DNA from: a virus
Lineage: Duplodnaviria > Caudoviricetes
Length of the DNA: 29,634 bases
Virus record (IMG/VR): IMGVR_UViG_3300020044_004639
Coordinates: 1-29,634 of that record
Reading direction: 5' to 3' (one strand)
The position numbers and the translations under genes are program-made. Positions 7,717-17,017 of this stretch are shown here, piece by piece. Numbering within the stretch: the stretch's first letter is position 1; every line of letters begins with the position of its first letter. The notes below the pieces were generated by a model. The model had not been told where the DNA came from and made no database searches. It saw nothing but the letters and a program-made list of their open reading frames with translations.

Positions 7717-7796
7717 CAACTTTAATGATGTGGTTAATGTTTGAGAAAGAAAAAAACGAAATAGAAATAAAAAAATTAAAACGTAATGATATATAG
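7542..7796 (+). CDS. -1 frameshift extension of the chaperone (gpGT-like C-terminus)
   Basis: Starts exactly at T TTT TTT; FGKKWGWYQSIYAAAQGD segment; overlaps the next gene start. Confidence 0.7.
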   Translation: MDFAERLRERFDGLYTERSGTIGTSEAGFGKKWGWYQSIYAAAQGDILRFDAVTKLPITTLMMWLMFEKEKNEIEIKKLKRNDI

Positions 7797-8208
7797 AATT
7801 ATAAAAGAAATTAAAGATGTGTTACTTGATGAGCCATTTGTAAACACAGTTACAGAGGGTGATATATTTCAAGTTGATTTAAACAAACAAACAATATTTC
7901 CTTTAAGTCATATTATTATAAATCAAGCAACGCATCAAGGGAACGTATTATCTTTTAATATTACTATTTTGTTAATGGATATTATAAACCAAAAAGACGA
8001 TAGCAATAAAGTAGATATTTGGAATACTCAATTACTTTTAGCTACAAGGGTTTTAAATAAATTAAACAGAGCAGATATTGCTACAGACTTTTGGGAGTTA
8101 ACAGGTAACCCTACTTACGAACCATTTACAGAACGTTTCGAGAACGATTTAGCAGGATGGGCGGTTACGTTTGATGTATTGGTAAGAAACGATATTACTA
8201 TCTGTTAA
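7786..8208 (+). CDS. Putative tail terminator/completion protein
   Basis: 140 aa, FPLSHI and EPFTERF...GWAVTFDV beta-rich pattern; position in tail module. Confidence 0.55.
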   Translation: MIYRIIKEIKDVLLDEPFVNTVTEGDIFQVDLNKQTIFPLSHIIINQATHQGNVLSFNITILLMDIINQKDDSNKVDIWNTQLLLATRVLNKLNRADIATDFWELTGNPTYEPFTERFENDLAGWAVTFDVLVRNDITIC

Positions 8209-8741
8209 TGGATAATAAACAAACATATCAATATTTAAACCAATTTGCTAAATATATTATTCAGCAGAGTAGAAGTAATTTAAGTAAAAGCAATAGAAAC
8301 AGCAGTAAAAGTTTATACAATAGTTTAGACAGTGAAATTGAAGTAAGTGCTAATAGTTTTAGGTTAGCATTTTTAATGGAAGACTATGGGAAGTTTATTG
8401 ACAAAGGTGTACAAGGTTCAAATCCAAGAGGAATTAAAAACGGAGTACAAAAAGCACCAAACAGTGAATATAAATTTAAAAGTAAATCAATACCAACAAA
8501 GGTTTTAGATAAATGGGTAATTAAAAAAGGAATAGCACCAAGAAATAAATCAGGAAAGTTTTTAAGTCGTGAAGGTTTAAAATTTGCTATTGCTAAAAGT
8601 ATTGCTTTACAAGGTATTAGACCAAGTTTATTTTTTACAAAACCATTTGAATCAGCCTTTAAAAATTTACCTGATGAATTGGTTGAAGCATACGGATTAG
8701 ACGTAGAACAATTTTTACAATATACAATTAATAAGAAATGA
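8208..8741 (+). CDS. Putative neck/tail completion protein (HK97 gp10-like)
   Basis: Basic protein, LYNSL...YGKFIDKG...GIRPSLFFTKPF pattern. Confidence 0.55.
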   Translation: MDNKQTYQYLNQFAKYIIQQSRSNLSKSNRNSSKSLYNSLDSEIEVSANSFRLAFLMEDYGKFIDKGVQGSNPRGIKNGVQKAPNSEYKFKSKSIPTKVLDKWVIKKGIAPRNKSGKFLSREGLKFAIAKSIALQGIRPSLFFTKPFESAFKNLPDELVEAYGLDVEQFLQYTINKK

Positions 8742-9748
8742 AAAAAATATTTATAAGAAGTCCGTATTTTATTGAAATAAACGAAACAGGACAAACAGGT
8801 GCTAAAATAGAAATATTCTTATGGAACAAAGGTACAACTGAACCTACTGTACCAACTTATACTTTGACTAAAAACATACCGAGTGCTTTACAGCCTTCAA
8901 TAACTTGGAATGTAGCAAACTATGCAAAAGAATATATTAAGCCTATTGCCCCTGTAACTGTTTCAGTACCTACTGAAGAGAATGTTAATACTTGGTGTTA
9001 TATGAAAATTAAAACATACAAATTAGTAACTTCAACACCAACGCTTTTAAATACGGAAACTTTTGTTTGTTTAAATGGTTACACACAATACTCAGGCGGT
9101 TATAATCAAAGTGATGAGCAAACTGTAATTCCTTTAGTAAACACTAATATTAATTTAACTACATTTTCAGGTTTTAATTATATAGATGTTTGGATTGAAG
9201 AAAATACTGATTTTGTTTGGGAAGGTAATGATGATTATTCTTTCACTACTATAAGCAGCGGTCTATGGAAATTACCTTATGATTATGACCTTTATACTTT
9301 GGTATATGAAGGTGGTGAAATAATTTTTAGTATTAATACAGAACAATTATGCGAGGTTAAATATACACCTATAACTTGTACTTTTATAAATCGTTTTGGT
9401 GGTTGGCAGTTCTTAACCTTTTTTAAAGCTAATAGCAGTTCGATAGACGTAACTTCTAAAGATTTTAATATGTTACCTGCTTCAATAAATTATAATGTCT
9501 TACAAGGTCAAAAAAGAGTATTTAATTCACAAGGTAAACAAAAGATAAAATGTAACACAGGTTGGGTTGATGAAAACTATTTTGATTTAATACAAGATTT
9601 ACTTTTAAGTGAAACTGTTTTATTAGATAATAAACCTGTAACAGTAAAAAGTCAAAGTGCAGATTATAAAACAAATATAAAAGAAAAGAATATCAACTAC
9701 GAAATAGAATTTGAATATAACTTTGGATTAATTAACGATGTAATATAA
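8738..9748 (+). CDS. Structural tail protein (distal-tail-like)
   Basis: FINRFGGWQ...NTGWVDE...LLLSE C-terminal pattern; followed by a large tail protein. Confidence 0.6.
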   Translation: MKKIFIRSPYFIEINETGQTGAKIEIFLWNKGTTEPTVPTYTLTKNIPSALQPSITWNVANYAKEYIKPIAPVTVSVPTEENVNTWCYMKIKTYKLVTSTPTLLNTETFVCLNGYTQYSGGYNQSDEQTVIPLVNTNINLTTFSGFNYIDVWIEENTDFVWEGNDDYSFTTISSGLWKLPYDYDLYTLVYEGGEIIFSINTEQLCEVKYTPITCTFINRFGGWQFLTFFKANSSSIDVTSKDFNMLPASINYNVLQGQKRVFNSQGKQKIKCNTGWVDENYFDLIQDLLLSETVLLDNKPVTVKSQSADYKTNIKEKNINYEIEFEYNFGLINDVI

Positions 9749-12078
9749 TGAAAGTAGGTTTATATATTTACGTAGATGATGAAGTAGAAACGTTAACACC
9801 TTTAACTGTAGATAGTACTTTATACACTGTTGATAATAGTGTTATAACTGTTGACGCTGCAGACGTTAGTGATTTTGTTTTTGGTACTGTAGCAAGGCGT
9901 ATTGAATTGTTTGAAGATGAAAAGATTTCTTTAACTTCATCTATACAAAACGTTAACGATATATCAAAAGTATTTACCGACTATTCGCAATCGTTTACAA
10001 TTCCTGCAAGTGATAACAATAACGAAATATTTAGACATTGGTACGAAAATAGTTTAGATGATGGTTTTGACCAACGTAGAAGATACGATGGGTACATTGA
10101 AATTGATACGCAAACTTTTAGAGTAGGTAAATGGCAAATTGAATCAGCAAGTATAAAAAACAATCGTGTTGAAGATTATAAAATTACTTTCTACGGAGAA
10201 TTAAAATCTTTAACCGATAAATTTGGCGAGGACAAACTTAAAGATGTTCAAGAAATAAATAATTATACTACTGCTTACAGCGGAACAAATGTAAGAAGTT
10301 TGGTAAGTACAGCAACTCCTCAAAGCGTTATGTTTCCATTAATTACTTCAAACAGAGTTTGGCAGTATGGCGGTGGTGGTGCAAATGATATTTCAACAAG
10401 CGGTGGAGCAATTAACTATAACGAATTATTCCCTGCATTAAAAGTATCTAATATATTTTCTGCTATTGCTGATAAATATAATTTAACTTTTAGTGGTAGT
10501 TTTTTACAACAACAAAAATTTAATAAGGCTTATTTATGGCTAAAAGATAATGATGCTACAACTTTTGTATCTACAACACAAAGAAAGCAAATTACTCTTA
10601 ATAATAATACTACTTATTTACCTGAAGTTTTTAAAATTGAAAACAATACTTACAAATTATTAACTACAACACGAACAAGGATTGGAACTAATTTATTTGC
10701 AGAACTTCCTGATTTTAAAATAACATTAACGTTTCCTACTGTTATAACTCACAGAGTTTTTATACATAAAGATGATGCATTATACGCTTCATTTGAGTAT
10801 ACTTCAAATCAAACAGTAATTAATGTTCCGTGGCAGTATCGTGGTGGTGATTATACATTTTTCGTTGAATCTTTTACACCAACCTCATACACTTATAGTT
10901 ATGCGTTTTCTTATAGAAGAACAACAGCAAATGGTTCGTTTTTAGGTTTTCCTTCAGTTGTTTTAGGTACAGGTAGCGGAAGTGTAAACGCTAATCTTAA
11001 TTTATTAAATTATGTTCCCGATATGAAAGTATCAGACTTCTTTAGCGGAATATTAAAAATGTTTAACCTTACTGCTTTTAGTACTGATGGAATTAACTTT
11101 ACATTAGAGCAGTTAGAGAATTGGTATTATTTAGGTGATATAAAAGATTTTAGTGAATATTGCACGACTGATTTAGATTTCAATAGAATTAAGCCGTATA
11201 AGAAAATTAATTTTGAATATGAAAAAAGTGAGAACCTTTTAAGCAGACAGTTCTTTACTACAAATTCAAGGGAGTACGGAAATTTAAGTTCTACTTTTAA
11301 TACCGATGGTTCTGATTATTCAATTAAGTTACCATTTGAAAATTTATTATTTAATAAGTTTACAGGTACTAATTTACAGGTTGGTTATGCTTTAAAGTCA
11401 GACTTAATGCCATACGCACCAAAACCAATTATTTTATATTTTACTGAAAGAAAATCAGGAACATTATTTATTAATAACGGAAGTGCTCCAACAAACGTAT
11501 CTAATTTTAATATTTTTGGACAAGACTGTATTGATACTGCAGACTTAACAAGAAACACTTTGAATTGGGGTGTTGAAATAAGTTCTTATTTTTTACATCC
11601 TATTGATAATTCATTATTTAATAATTATTATTTAGCTTACTTAAATAACCTTTACACTTTAAAATCAAGAATGGTAAAAGTTAAAATGCGTTTGCCTTAT
11701 TTAGAATTATTAAATTTAAAGTTAAATGATAGAATTATAATTCGTGATAAAAGATATGTTATAAACCAATACACAACTGATTTAACAACTTTTGAAAGTG
11801 ATTTTGAATTAATACAAGACTTTAGAAGTATTAATTATGATAATAGTAGTTTAAGACGTATTGATAATCAGGCTGTTTTATTTGAAGTATTTACAACTTC
11901 AACAGAGGTTTTAACTTGGACAATAGATTATGACCCTGATAGTATGTTATCAGGTCCACTTTCTTCTAATGAGTTAGGGGTTAAAATAGGTGTTTATGCA
12001 AATACAAGTGGATTAGAAAGAACCGCCTCAATAGTAAGTAATAATTTAGATGTAATTACAATCATACAAGATGCTTAA
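9748..12078 (+). CDS. Large tail tip/hub protein
   Basis: 776 aa; IQNVNDISKVFTDYSQSFTIPA and LKMFNL motifs; adjacent to tape measure. Confidence 0.65.
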   Translation: MKVGLYIYVDDEVETLTPLTVDSTLYTVDNSVITVDAADVSDFVFGTVARRIELFEDEKISLTSSIQNVNDISKVFTDYSQSFTIPASDNNNEIFRHWYENSLDDGFDQRRRYDGYIEIDTQTFRVGKWQIESASIKNNRVEDYKITFYGELKSLTDKFGEDKLKDVQEINNYTTAYSGTNVRSLVSTATPQSVMFPLITSNRVWQYGGGGANDISTSGGAINYNELFPALKVSNIFSAIADKYNLTFSGSFLQQQKFNKAYLWLKDNDATTFVSTTQRKQITLNNNTTYLPEVFKIENNTYKLLTTTRTRIGTNLFAELPDFKITLTFPTVITHRVFIHKDDALYASFEYTSNQTVINVPWQYRGGDYTFFVESFTPTSYTYSYAFSYRRTTANGSFLGFPSVVLGTGSGSVNANLNLLNYVPDMKVSDFFSGILKMFNLTAFSTDGINFTLEQLENWYYLGDIKDFSEYCTTDLDFNRIKPYKKINFEYEKSENLLSRQFFTTNSREYGNLSSTFNTDGSDYSIKLPFENLLFNKFTGTNLQVGYALKSDLMPYAPKPIILYFTERKSGTLFINNGSAPTNVSNFNIFGQDCIDTADLTRNTLNWGVEISSYFLHPIDNSLFNNYYLAYLNNLYTLKSRMVKVKMRLPYLELLNLKLNDRIIIRDKRYVINQYTTDLTTFESDFELIQDFRSINYDNSSLRRIDNQAVLFEVFTTSTEVLTWTIDYDPDSMLSGPLSSNELGVKIGVYANTSGLERTASIVSNNLDVITIIQDA

Positions 12079-12214
12079 ATTAATATTAGAGATGCTTCCG
12101 TTGTTAAACGAAAACGATAGTGAAGCGATTGCAATAGCAAAAGGAAAACATAAATTACCAACAAACATTAAAGAATTAAAACAAGCGATAAAATGGCAAT
12201 TAAGAAAACAATAG
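12071..12214 (+). CDS. Hypothetical protein (47 aa)
   Basis: MLKLILEMLPLLNENDSEAIAIAKGKHKLP...; overlaps both neighbours. Confidence 0.6.
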   Translation: MLKLILEMLPLLNENDSEAIAIAKGKHKLPTNIKELKQAIKWQLRKQ

Positions 12215-14106
12215 AAATTGATGTAAGTACAGTCCAAGCGGTTGGTGGTTTAGATAACCTTTCAAAAGCGTTAGAGAAAGTTGACGCTTCAGCAAAAGGC
12301 GTAGACGCTACCTTTGAAGAAGTTTATGGTGATTTAAAACCTTTAACTGCAAGAATGGGTGAAGCTGAAGATAGACTTTACGAGTTAGCTTTAGCAGGTC
12401 AAAGTGCAAGTCAAGAATATAAAGATTTATTAGCATCTGTTGGGCAGTATAGACAAGTGCAAATGAAAACTGATATGGTTGTTGACGCTGCTGCAACTAC
12501 ATTTGACACTAAATTAGGTGGTGCTTTACAAGGTGCTACTTCTGCTTTTGCAGGTATTCAAGGAGCGATGGCTTTAACAGGCGGACAAAGTGAAGAACTT
12601 GAAGCTGCTATATTAAAAGTTCAGGGTGCTATGGCACTTGCTGAGGGTGTTCGTGGTTTGCGTGAAGGTTCAGTTGCTTTTAAAGCATTAGGAACTTCGG
12701 CAAAGGCTGCATTAAATGGAATTAAAACAGGAATTGCTGCTACAGGTATTGGTGTTTTATTACTTGCTTTAGGTGCAGTTGTAGCTTATTGGGATGACAT
12801 TAAAGAAGCGGTTGGTGGTGTTAGTGATGAACAACAAGCGTTAAATGCTCAATCAAAAGCAAATTTAGATATTGAACAAAAGAAACTTGATGCTATTAGT
12901 GGTGAAGAAAATATTTTAAAACTTCAAGGAAAATCTGAGCGTGAAATTTTGCAAATGAAAATTGCTCAAACAGACCAAACAATTAAAAAAGCTGAAATAT
13001 CTTTACAAGATAGTATAAATACAGCTAAAGCACAAGAAGCCACCGCAAGAAGAAATCAAGAAATATTAGCAGGTATATTAAAATATATGTCTGTACCTTT
13101 AACCTTGCTTTTAAAAACTATTGATTCAGTAGGTGAAGCACTTGGTAAAGATTTTGGTTTGGAAGATAAATTTTTTACTGCTGCATCTAAATTTGTGTTT
13201 GACCCTGAAAAAACAAAAGCAGAAGGTGATGCGGTTATAGCTGAACAACAGGCTGCACTTAAAAAACTTAAAAACGACAAAGCAGGTTATCAACTTTCTA
13301 TTAATAATATTGATAATCAAGCAGCCAAAGAAGCTGCAGATAAATCAAAAGCAATAAGAGATAAAAAATTACAAGATGAACTTGATTTAGTCAACAAACA
13401 ATCTGAAATTGTAAAATCAGGTTTACAAGTATCTAAAACAATTCAAGACCAAGAATTACAAAATTTAAAAGATTTTGGTATTAAAAAATTAGAGGAAACA
13501 GGAAAAAATTTAGAACAACAAATTGCACAAAAAAAATTATTTGACCAACAAGAAATAGAAAACCAAAAATTAAAAGATGAAGCTATTGCTTTTTCAAAAC
13601 AAAACTTGACTAATATAATATCAGGTTTAGAAGAATCAGGTTTAGCTAAAACAAAAGCAGGTCAAGGAATATCAAAAGCTATTGCTTTAACACAAATTGG
13701 AATTGATAGTGCGGTTGCTATTTCTAAAGCATCTACTTTAGCGAATGCTGAAGGAACTGCTGCTCAGTTAGCTTTTCCAACTGTTCCGGGAATTGGTACT
13801 GCAGCAAGGATAATTTCATACGCATCTACTGCTTTATCTGTTGTTTCAAACATAGCAAGAGCTAAAAAATTATTATCAAGTGGTGGTTCATCTACAGGCG
13901 GAAGTTCAGGCGGTGGTGGTGGTTCTGCTCCAACAGGTGGCGGTGCTCCACCCCCTCAATTTAACGTTGTAGGAAATAGCGGAGTAAATCAAATAGCTGA
14001 AACTTTAGGTGCTCAACAACCTGTTCAGGCTTACGTTGTAGCTTCAAACGTTACTACTCAACAAAGTTTAGATAGAAACATAGTTAACAACGCTTCTTTA
14101 GGATAA
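12193..14106 (+). CDS. Tape measure protein
   Basis: Ala/Gly-rich helical, hydrophobic ATGIGVLLLALGAVVAYW, coiled coil, Gly-rich linker then QAYVVASNVTTQQSLDRN. Confidence 0.85.
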   Translation: MAIKKTIEIDVSTVQAVGGLDNLSKALEKVDASAKGVDATFEEVYGDLKPLTARMGEAEDRLYELALAGQSASQEYKDLLASVGQYRQVQMKTDMVVDAAATTFDTKLGGALQGATSAFAGIQGAMALTGGQSEELEAAILKVQGAMALAEGVRGLREGSVAFKALGTSAKAALNGIKTGIAATGIGVLLLALGAVVAYWDDIKEAVGGVSDEQQALNAQSKANLDIEQKKLDAISGEENILKLQGKSEREILQMKIAQTDQTIKKAEISLQDSINTAKAQEATARRNQEILAGILKYMSVPLTLLLKTIDSVGEALGKDFGLEDKFFTAASKFVFDPEKTKAEGDAVIAEQQAALKKLKNDKAGYQLSINNIDNQAAKEAADKSKAIRDKKLQDELDLVNKQSEIVKSGLQVSKTIQDQELQNLKDFGIKKLEETGKNLEQQIAQKKLFDQQEIENQKLKDEAIAFSKQNLTNIISGLEESGLAKTKAGQGISKAIALTQIGIDSAVAISKASTLANAEGTAAQLAFPTVPGIGTAARIISYASTALSVVSNIARAKKLLSSGGSSTGGSSGGGGGSAPTGGGAPPPQFNVVGNSGVNQIAETLGAQQPVQAYVVASNVTTQQSLDRNIVNNASLG

Positions 14107-14164
14107 TATACCTTATAGGGTATAATGTAAACAAATTTGTTTATACTATACCTTTTTGGGTATA
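14107..14164. repeat. 58-bp nested palindrome
   Basis: TATACCTTATAGGGTATA 14107-14124 and TATACCTTTTTGGGTATA 14147-14164 flank the perfect palindrome TAAACAAATTTGTTTA 14128-14143. Confidence 0.85.
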
Positions 14165-14168
14165 AAAA

Positions 14169-14198
14169 ACAATTTAATAAATAATTAATTTTTAAAAT
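14169..14198 (+). promoter_or_regulatory. Candidate late promoter, copy 3
   Basis: ACAA-N13-TAATTTTTAAAAT before the protease gene. Confidence 0.65.
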
Positions 14199-14206
14199 AA
14201 AACAAA

Positions 14207-14800
14207 ATGAATTTAATAGAACTTATTATAGATGACAAAGAAGATTTGCAAGGTGTAGAAGCGATTTCAATCGTAGAAAACCCTGCTATTGAATCTGACT
14301 TTGTAGCATTAAAATCTGAAGAAGTTAAACTTGCTGAAGTAGATAAAGAAAAACGTATTTTGATGGGTGCTGTTTTAATTCCTGAAAAGCCGATTTACAG
14401 ACGTAATGGTGAAGATGAGTATTATATCTATTTTTCAAAAGATACTGTTGTAAAAGCGTCGCAGTTGTTTTTAAAGAAAGGTAATCAAGGCAATTCAACA
14501 TTAGAACACTCAAAAGCAATAGAAGGTTTAACAGTTGTTGAAAGTTGGATAGTTGAAGATTTAACTAAAGACAAAACTGCTTTATATAATTTAAGTGTTC
14601 CTGTTGGTACTTGGATGGCAAGTGTAAAAGTTGATAACGATGAAATTTGGAACGATTACGTTAAAACAGGTAAAGTAAAAGGTTTCAGTCTTGAAGGTCA
14701 TTTTGCAGACCAATTAGAAAAGAAAAAAGAATTATCAAAGGTACTTACTGAAGAAGAAGAATTGATTTCTAAATTAAAAGAAATACTTAAAAACGTATAA
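14207..14800 (+). CDS. Prohead protease (XkdF-like serine protease)
   Basis: RILMGAVLIP, TLEH, VESW, PVGTWM, VKTGKVKGFSLEG. Confidence 0.85.
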   Translation: MNLIELIIDDKEDLQGVEAISIVENPAIESDFVALKSEEVKLAEVDKEKRILMGAVLIPEKPIYRRNGEDEYYIYFSKDTVVKASQLFLKKGNQGNSTLEHSKAIEGLTVVESWIVEDLTKDKTALYNLSVPVGTWMASVKVDNDEIWNDYVKTGKVKGFSLEGHFADQLEKKKELSKVLTEEEELISKLKEILKNV

Positions 14801-15093
14801 TGAAAATTAGCTTTGATTACGACGATACACTATCTACAAAAAAAGGAAGTGATTTAGCAAAAGAATTTATAGCTAAAGGAAAAGAAGTTTATATTATATC
14901 TGCAAGAAATTTAAAAGTAGGTATGGTTGAAAAAGCAAGAAGTTTAGGTATTCCTTTAAGTAGAGTTTTTGCCACAGGTAGTAATGAAAATAAAATTGCT
15001 AAAATAAAAGAGTTAGGAATTGAAGAACATTACGATAATAATGAAAATGTAATAAAAGAATTGGGTTCAATAGGTAAATTATTTATAAATTAA
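14800..15093 (+). CDS. Minimal HAD-fold phosphatase-like protein
   Basis: Motif I SFDYDDTL, motif II IISAR, K, and motif IV HYDNN. Confidence 0.7.
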   Translation: MKISFDYDDTLSTKKGSDLAKEFIAKGKEVYIISARNLKVGMVEKARSLGIPLSRVFATGSNENKIAKIKELGIEEHYDNNENVIKELGSIGKLFIN

Positions 15094-15094
15094 T

Positions 15095-15715
15095 ATGAAA
15101 AATACTTCTTTTAAAGTTCACGTTCAAGAAGCAACTCAAAACGAAGTTGATGATGTAAACATTGAACAAGGTGCTATGTTGGTTACTGATGAAGCCTTAT
15201 TTATGGGTTTCAATGGTCAACAAGTTAGAGTATATCCACCACAGTCAGGAAATATGGGTTTAGGTTGGGCAAGATACGATGATACACAATATACAAGTGT
15301 TTCACCTTTTAATTTTACTACAACCGCTTTTACAGTTCCAAATAATAAAGGTTTTGTAATTGATACAAATATTAATTCTGCAATAGATTATTATGCAACT
15401 AATAAATTAAGAGCAGAGTTTGAAAACGATGTGTATATAGTTACAATAGCATTTAAAGCTCAAATAAGCAACGCAAACGGACACGTTGATATTTACTTTG
15501 AGGGTGGAAATACAACTCCTTATGATAGGATTAGAGATGTAATAACTTTCCCTAAAGGAAATAACGTTGAGCATACATACGCAAAAACTTTTCAATATTA
15601 TGCTGATGAAGATGTAGTTGCAAATGGATTAACTATTAAAATGAAAGCAAGTCACTCGGGTCATATACACGATGTAATTTATTTTATTCAAAGAACACAA
15701 AATAATAAATATTAA
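15095..15715 (+). CDS. Hypothetical, probably virion beta-sandwich protein
   Basis: 206 aa, beta-rich, GWARYDDTQYT; in head module. Confidence 0.55.
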   Translation: MKNTSFKVHVQEATQNEVDDVNIEQGAMLVTDEALFMGFNGQQVRVYPPQSGNMGLGWARYDDTQYTSVSPFNFTTTAFTVPNNKGFVIDTNINSAIDYYATNKLRAEFENDVYIVTIAFKAQISNANGHVDIYFEGGNTTPYDRIRDVITFPKGNNVEHTYAKTFQYYADEDVVANGLTIKMKASHSGHIHDVIYFIQRTQNNKY

Positions 15716-15716
15716 T

Positions 15717-15911
15717 ATGAAAGCTACAAAAAGTAAAACAAGTCCAAAGGGCGGAAATAGAGGTTGTCTTTGTGCAGACAGCACTTATAAAAAAGAATGT
15801 TGTAATGGTGATTTACAAGCACAAGGAGTAGGTGCTACATTATCACAAGGTGGAGAATCATTAATTACAATAATTGATGGCACAAGAACTATAGTAAGAA
15901 ATAACGGATAA
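15717..15911 (+). CDS. Small Cys-rich protein
   Basis: SPKGGNRGCLC...ECCNGDLQAQGVG. Confidence 0.7.
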   Translation: MKATKSKTSPKGGNRGCLCADSTYKKECCNGDLQAQGVGATLSQGGESLITIIDGTRTIVRNNG

Positions 15912-15928
15912 CTAAATAAATAAAAAAA

Positions 15929-16261
15929 ATGAACACATTAAAAAACGTAGGTAACAAGATTTTCAAAACTGAATTAGAATCACATAAAGTAGAATTAGCA
16001 ACTATTGATGAGGTTAATAAACTTTATGAAAAAGGAATTAATGCTTTAAAAGAAGCTGATGTTGAAAGACAAAAAGTAGCTCAACTATACAGCAGAGCTT
16101 TAATTATTTTAGATATGAATGTTCCTGCTCAATTAGATGAAATTATTAAAAAATTAATTGATTTAGGTATTAATGATAAAGCTAATGAATTAAAACAATT
16201 AAAACAGGAAGCTTCAAAAAAAGCATCTGAATACAATAAAATTTATAATAATCTTAAATAA
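15929..16261 (+). CDS. Putative internal (capsid cargo) protein with cleavable leader
   Basis: Leader MNTLKNVGNKIFKTELESHKVELA then helical body; see findings. Confidence 0.5.
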   Translation: MNTLKNVGNKIFKTELESHKVELATIDEVNKLYEKGINALKEADVERQKVAQLYSRALIILDMNVPAQLDEIIKKLIDLGINDKANELKQLKQEASKKASEYNKIYNNLK

Positions 16262-16265
16262 AATT

Positions 16266-16291
16266 AAAGCACCTTAATTGGTGCTTTTTTT
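16266..16291. terminator. Terminator between convergent genes, probably bidirectional
   Basis: AAAGCACC-TTAATT-GGTGCTTT plus T run. Confidence 0.8.
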
Positions 16292-16414
16292 ATATCTTTT
16301 TATTTTGTTTTTAAGCCTTTTATTTTCACTTTTAATAAAACCAATTTTAAATTTTAATATTATATTTTCTATTTCTAATTTGTTAAACTGAATTAAACTA
16401 TTTTTTAGTTTCAT
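16274..16414 (-). CDS. Hypothetical basic protein (46 aa)
   Basis: MKLKNSLIQFNKLEIE...; ATG 1 nt after the upstream stop. Confidence 0.45.
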   Translation of the reverse strand: MKLKNSLIQFNKLEIENIILKFKIGFIKSENKRLKNKIKRYKKSTN

Positions 16415-16415
16415 A

Positions 16416-16622
16416 TTAATATTCAATAAAAGTTGAACTAATTAATTCTTGTATTCTGCCTAAAACATAAGTTCTTAAATTTACTGACTTATGCAATCCT
16501 ATATGTTTTCTAATATCTATATAATCTTTATAATCTTGTAGTAAATCTTTCTTATTAATTGATATAACTAATTTTTGTCTTTTATTAAAAAGAACTTCGT
16601 AAATTATTTCTTTAGATTTCAT
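16416..16622 (-). CDS. Hypothetical protein
   Basis: ATGA overlap with 16619-16885. Confidence 0.6.
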   Translation of the reverse strand: MKSKEIIYEVLFNKRQKLVISINKKDLLQDYKDYIDIRKHIGLHKSVNLRTYVLGRIQELISSTFIEY

Positions 16623-16885
16623 TGCTTTAATTTTTTAAATGTTATCCATATATCAAACATTTTTGCATTAACATCAAGTTCAAAGCCTAAAATATGTATT
16701 ATCTTATATTTTTTACCTTTAATAAAATGCTCTGTGCCTAATTGTAAAAGTTCAAATTCTTCTCTATCTACATATAGTCTAAATGTTTTTAATTTAGTTT
16801 TTAAATTAATTTTTGAACTTAAATCTAAAGTTTTACTAATAAAATAAAATTGAGGTTTCATTTTATCATTACATTGGTTTTCCAT
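16619..16885 (-). CDS. Hypothetical protein
   Basis: First gene of an antisense three-gene island. Confidence 0.6.
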   Translation of the reverse strand: MENQCNDKMKPQFYFISKTLDLSSKINLKTKLKTFRLYVDREEFELLQLGTEHFIKGKKYKIIHILGFELDVNAKMFDIWITFKKLKQ

Positions 16886-16900
16886 AATTATTTTTTTTTA

Positions 16901-16951
16901 AAAATATATAAACTTTTTAAACAATAAACACATTTTAACTTTTATTTAACA
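16901..16951 (-). promoter_or_regulatory. Minus-strand promoter with tandem GTTAAA boxes
   Basis: TGTTAAAT from 16951 and AGTTAAAA from 16940; degenerate -7 box TATATTTT 16908-16901. Confidence 0.5.
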
Positions 16952-16966
16952 TTTAATAAAAATATA

Positions 16967-16995
16967 ACAATTTTTTTTTTATTTATTTTAAAATT
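16967..16995 (+). promoter_or_regulatory. Candidate late promoter, copy 4
   Basis: ACAA-N12-TTATTTTAAAATT (spacer contains T10) before scaffold and capsid genes. Confidence 0.55.
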
Positions 16996-17017
16996 AGAAT
17001 AATTAAATTAAATATAA

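Noticed and set aside
7542-7796. Independent gene with a TTG start
   Set aside because: The start coincides with the slippery T run inside the upstream gene; frameshift is more parsimonious
8384-8794. 136-aa minus-strand ORF
   Set aside because: Antisense shadow of a well-supported tail gene
13880-13960. GGT/GGC-rich low-complexity repeat
   Set aside because: Encodes the Gly/Ser/Pro linker of the tape measure protein
14107-14164. Protelomerase target or mini-CRISPR
   Set aside because: No protelomerase or cas gene in the window; only two units and the spacer is itself palindromic
16575-16847. 90-aa plus-strand ORF
   Set aside because: Shadow of the coupled minus-strand genes, which have a promoter and ATGA overlap
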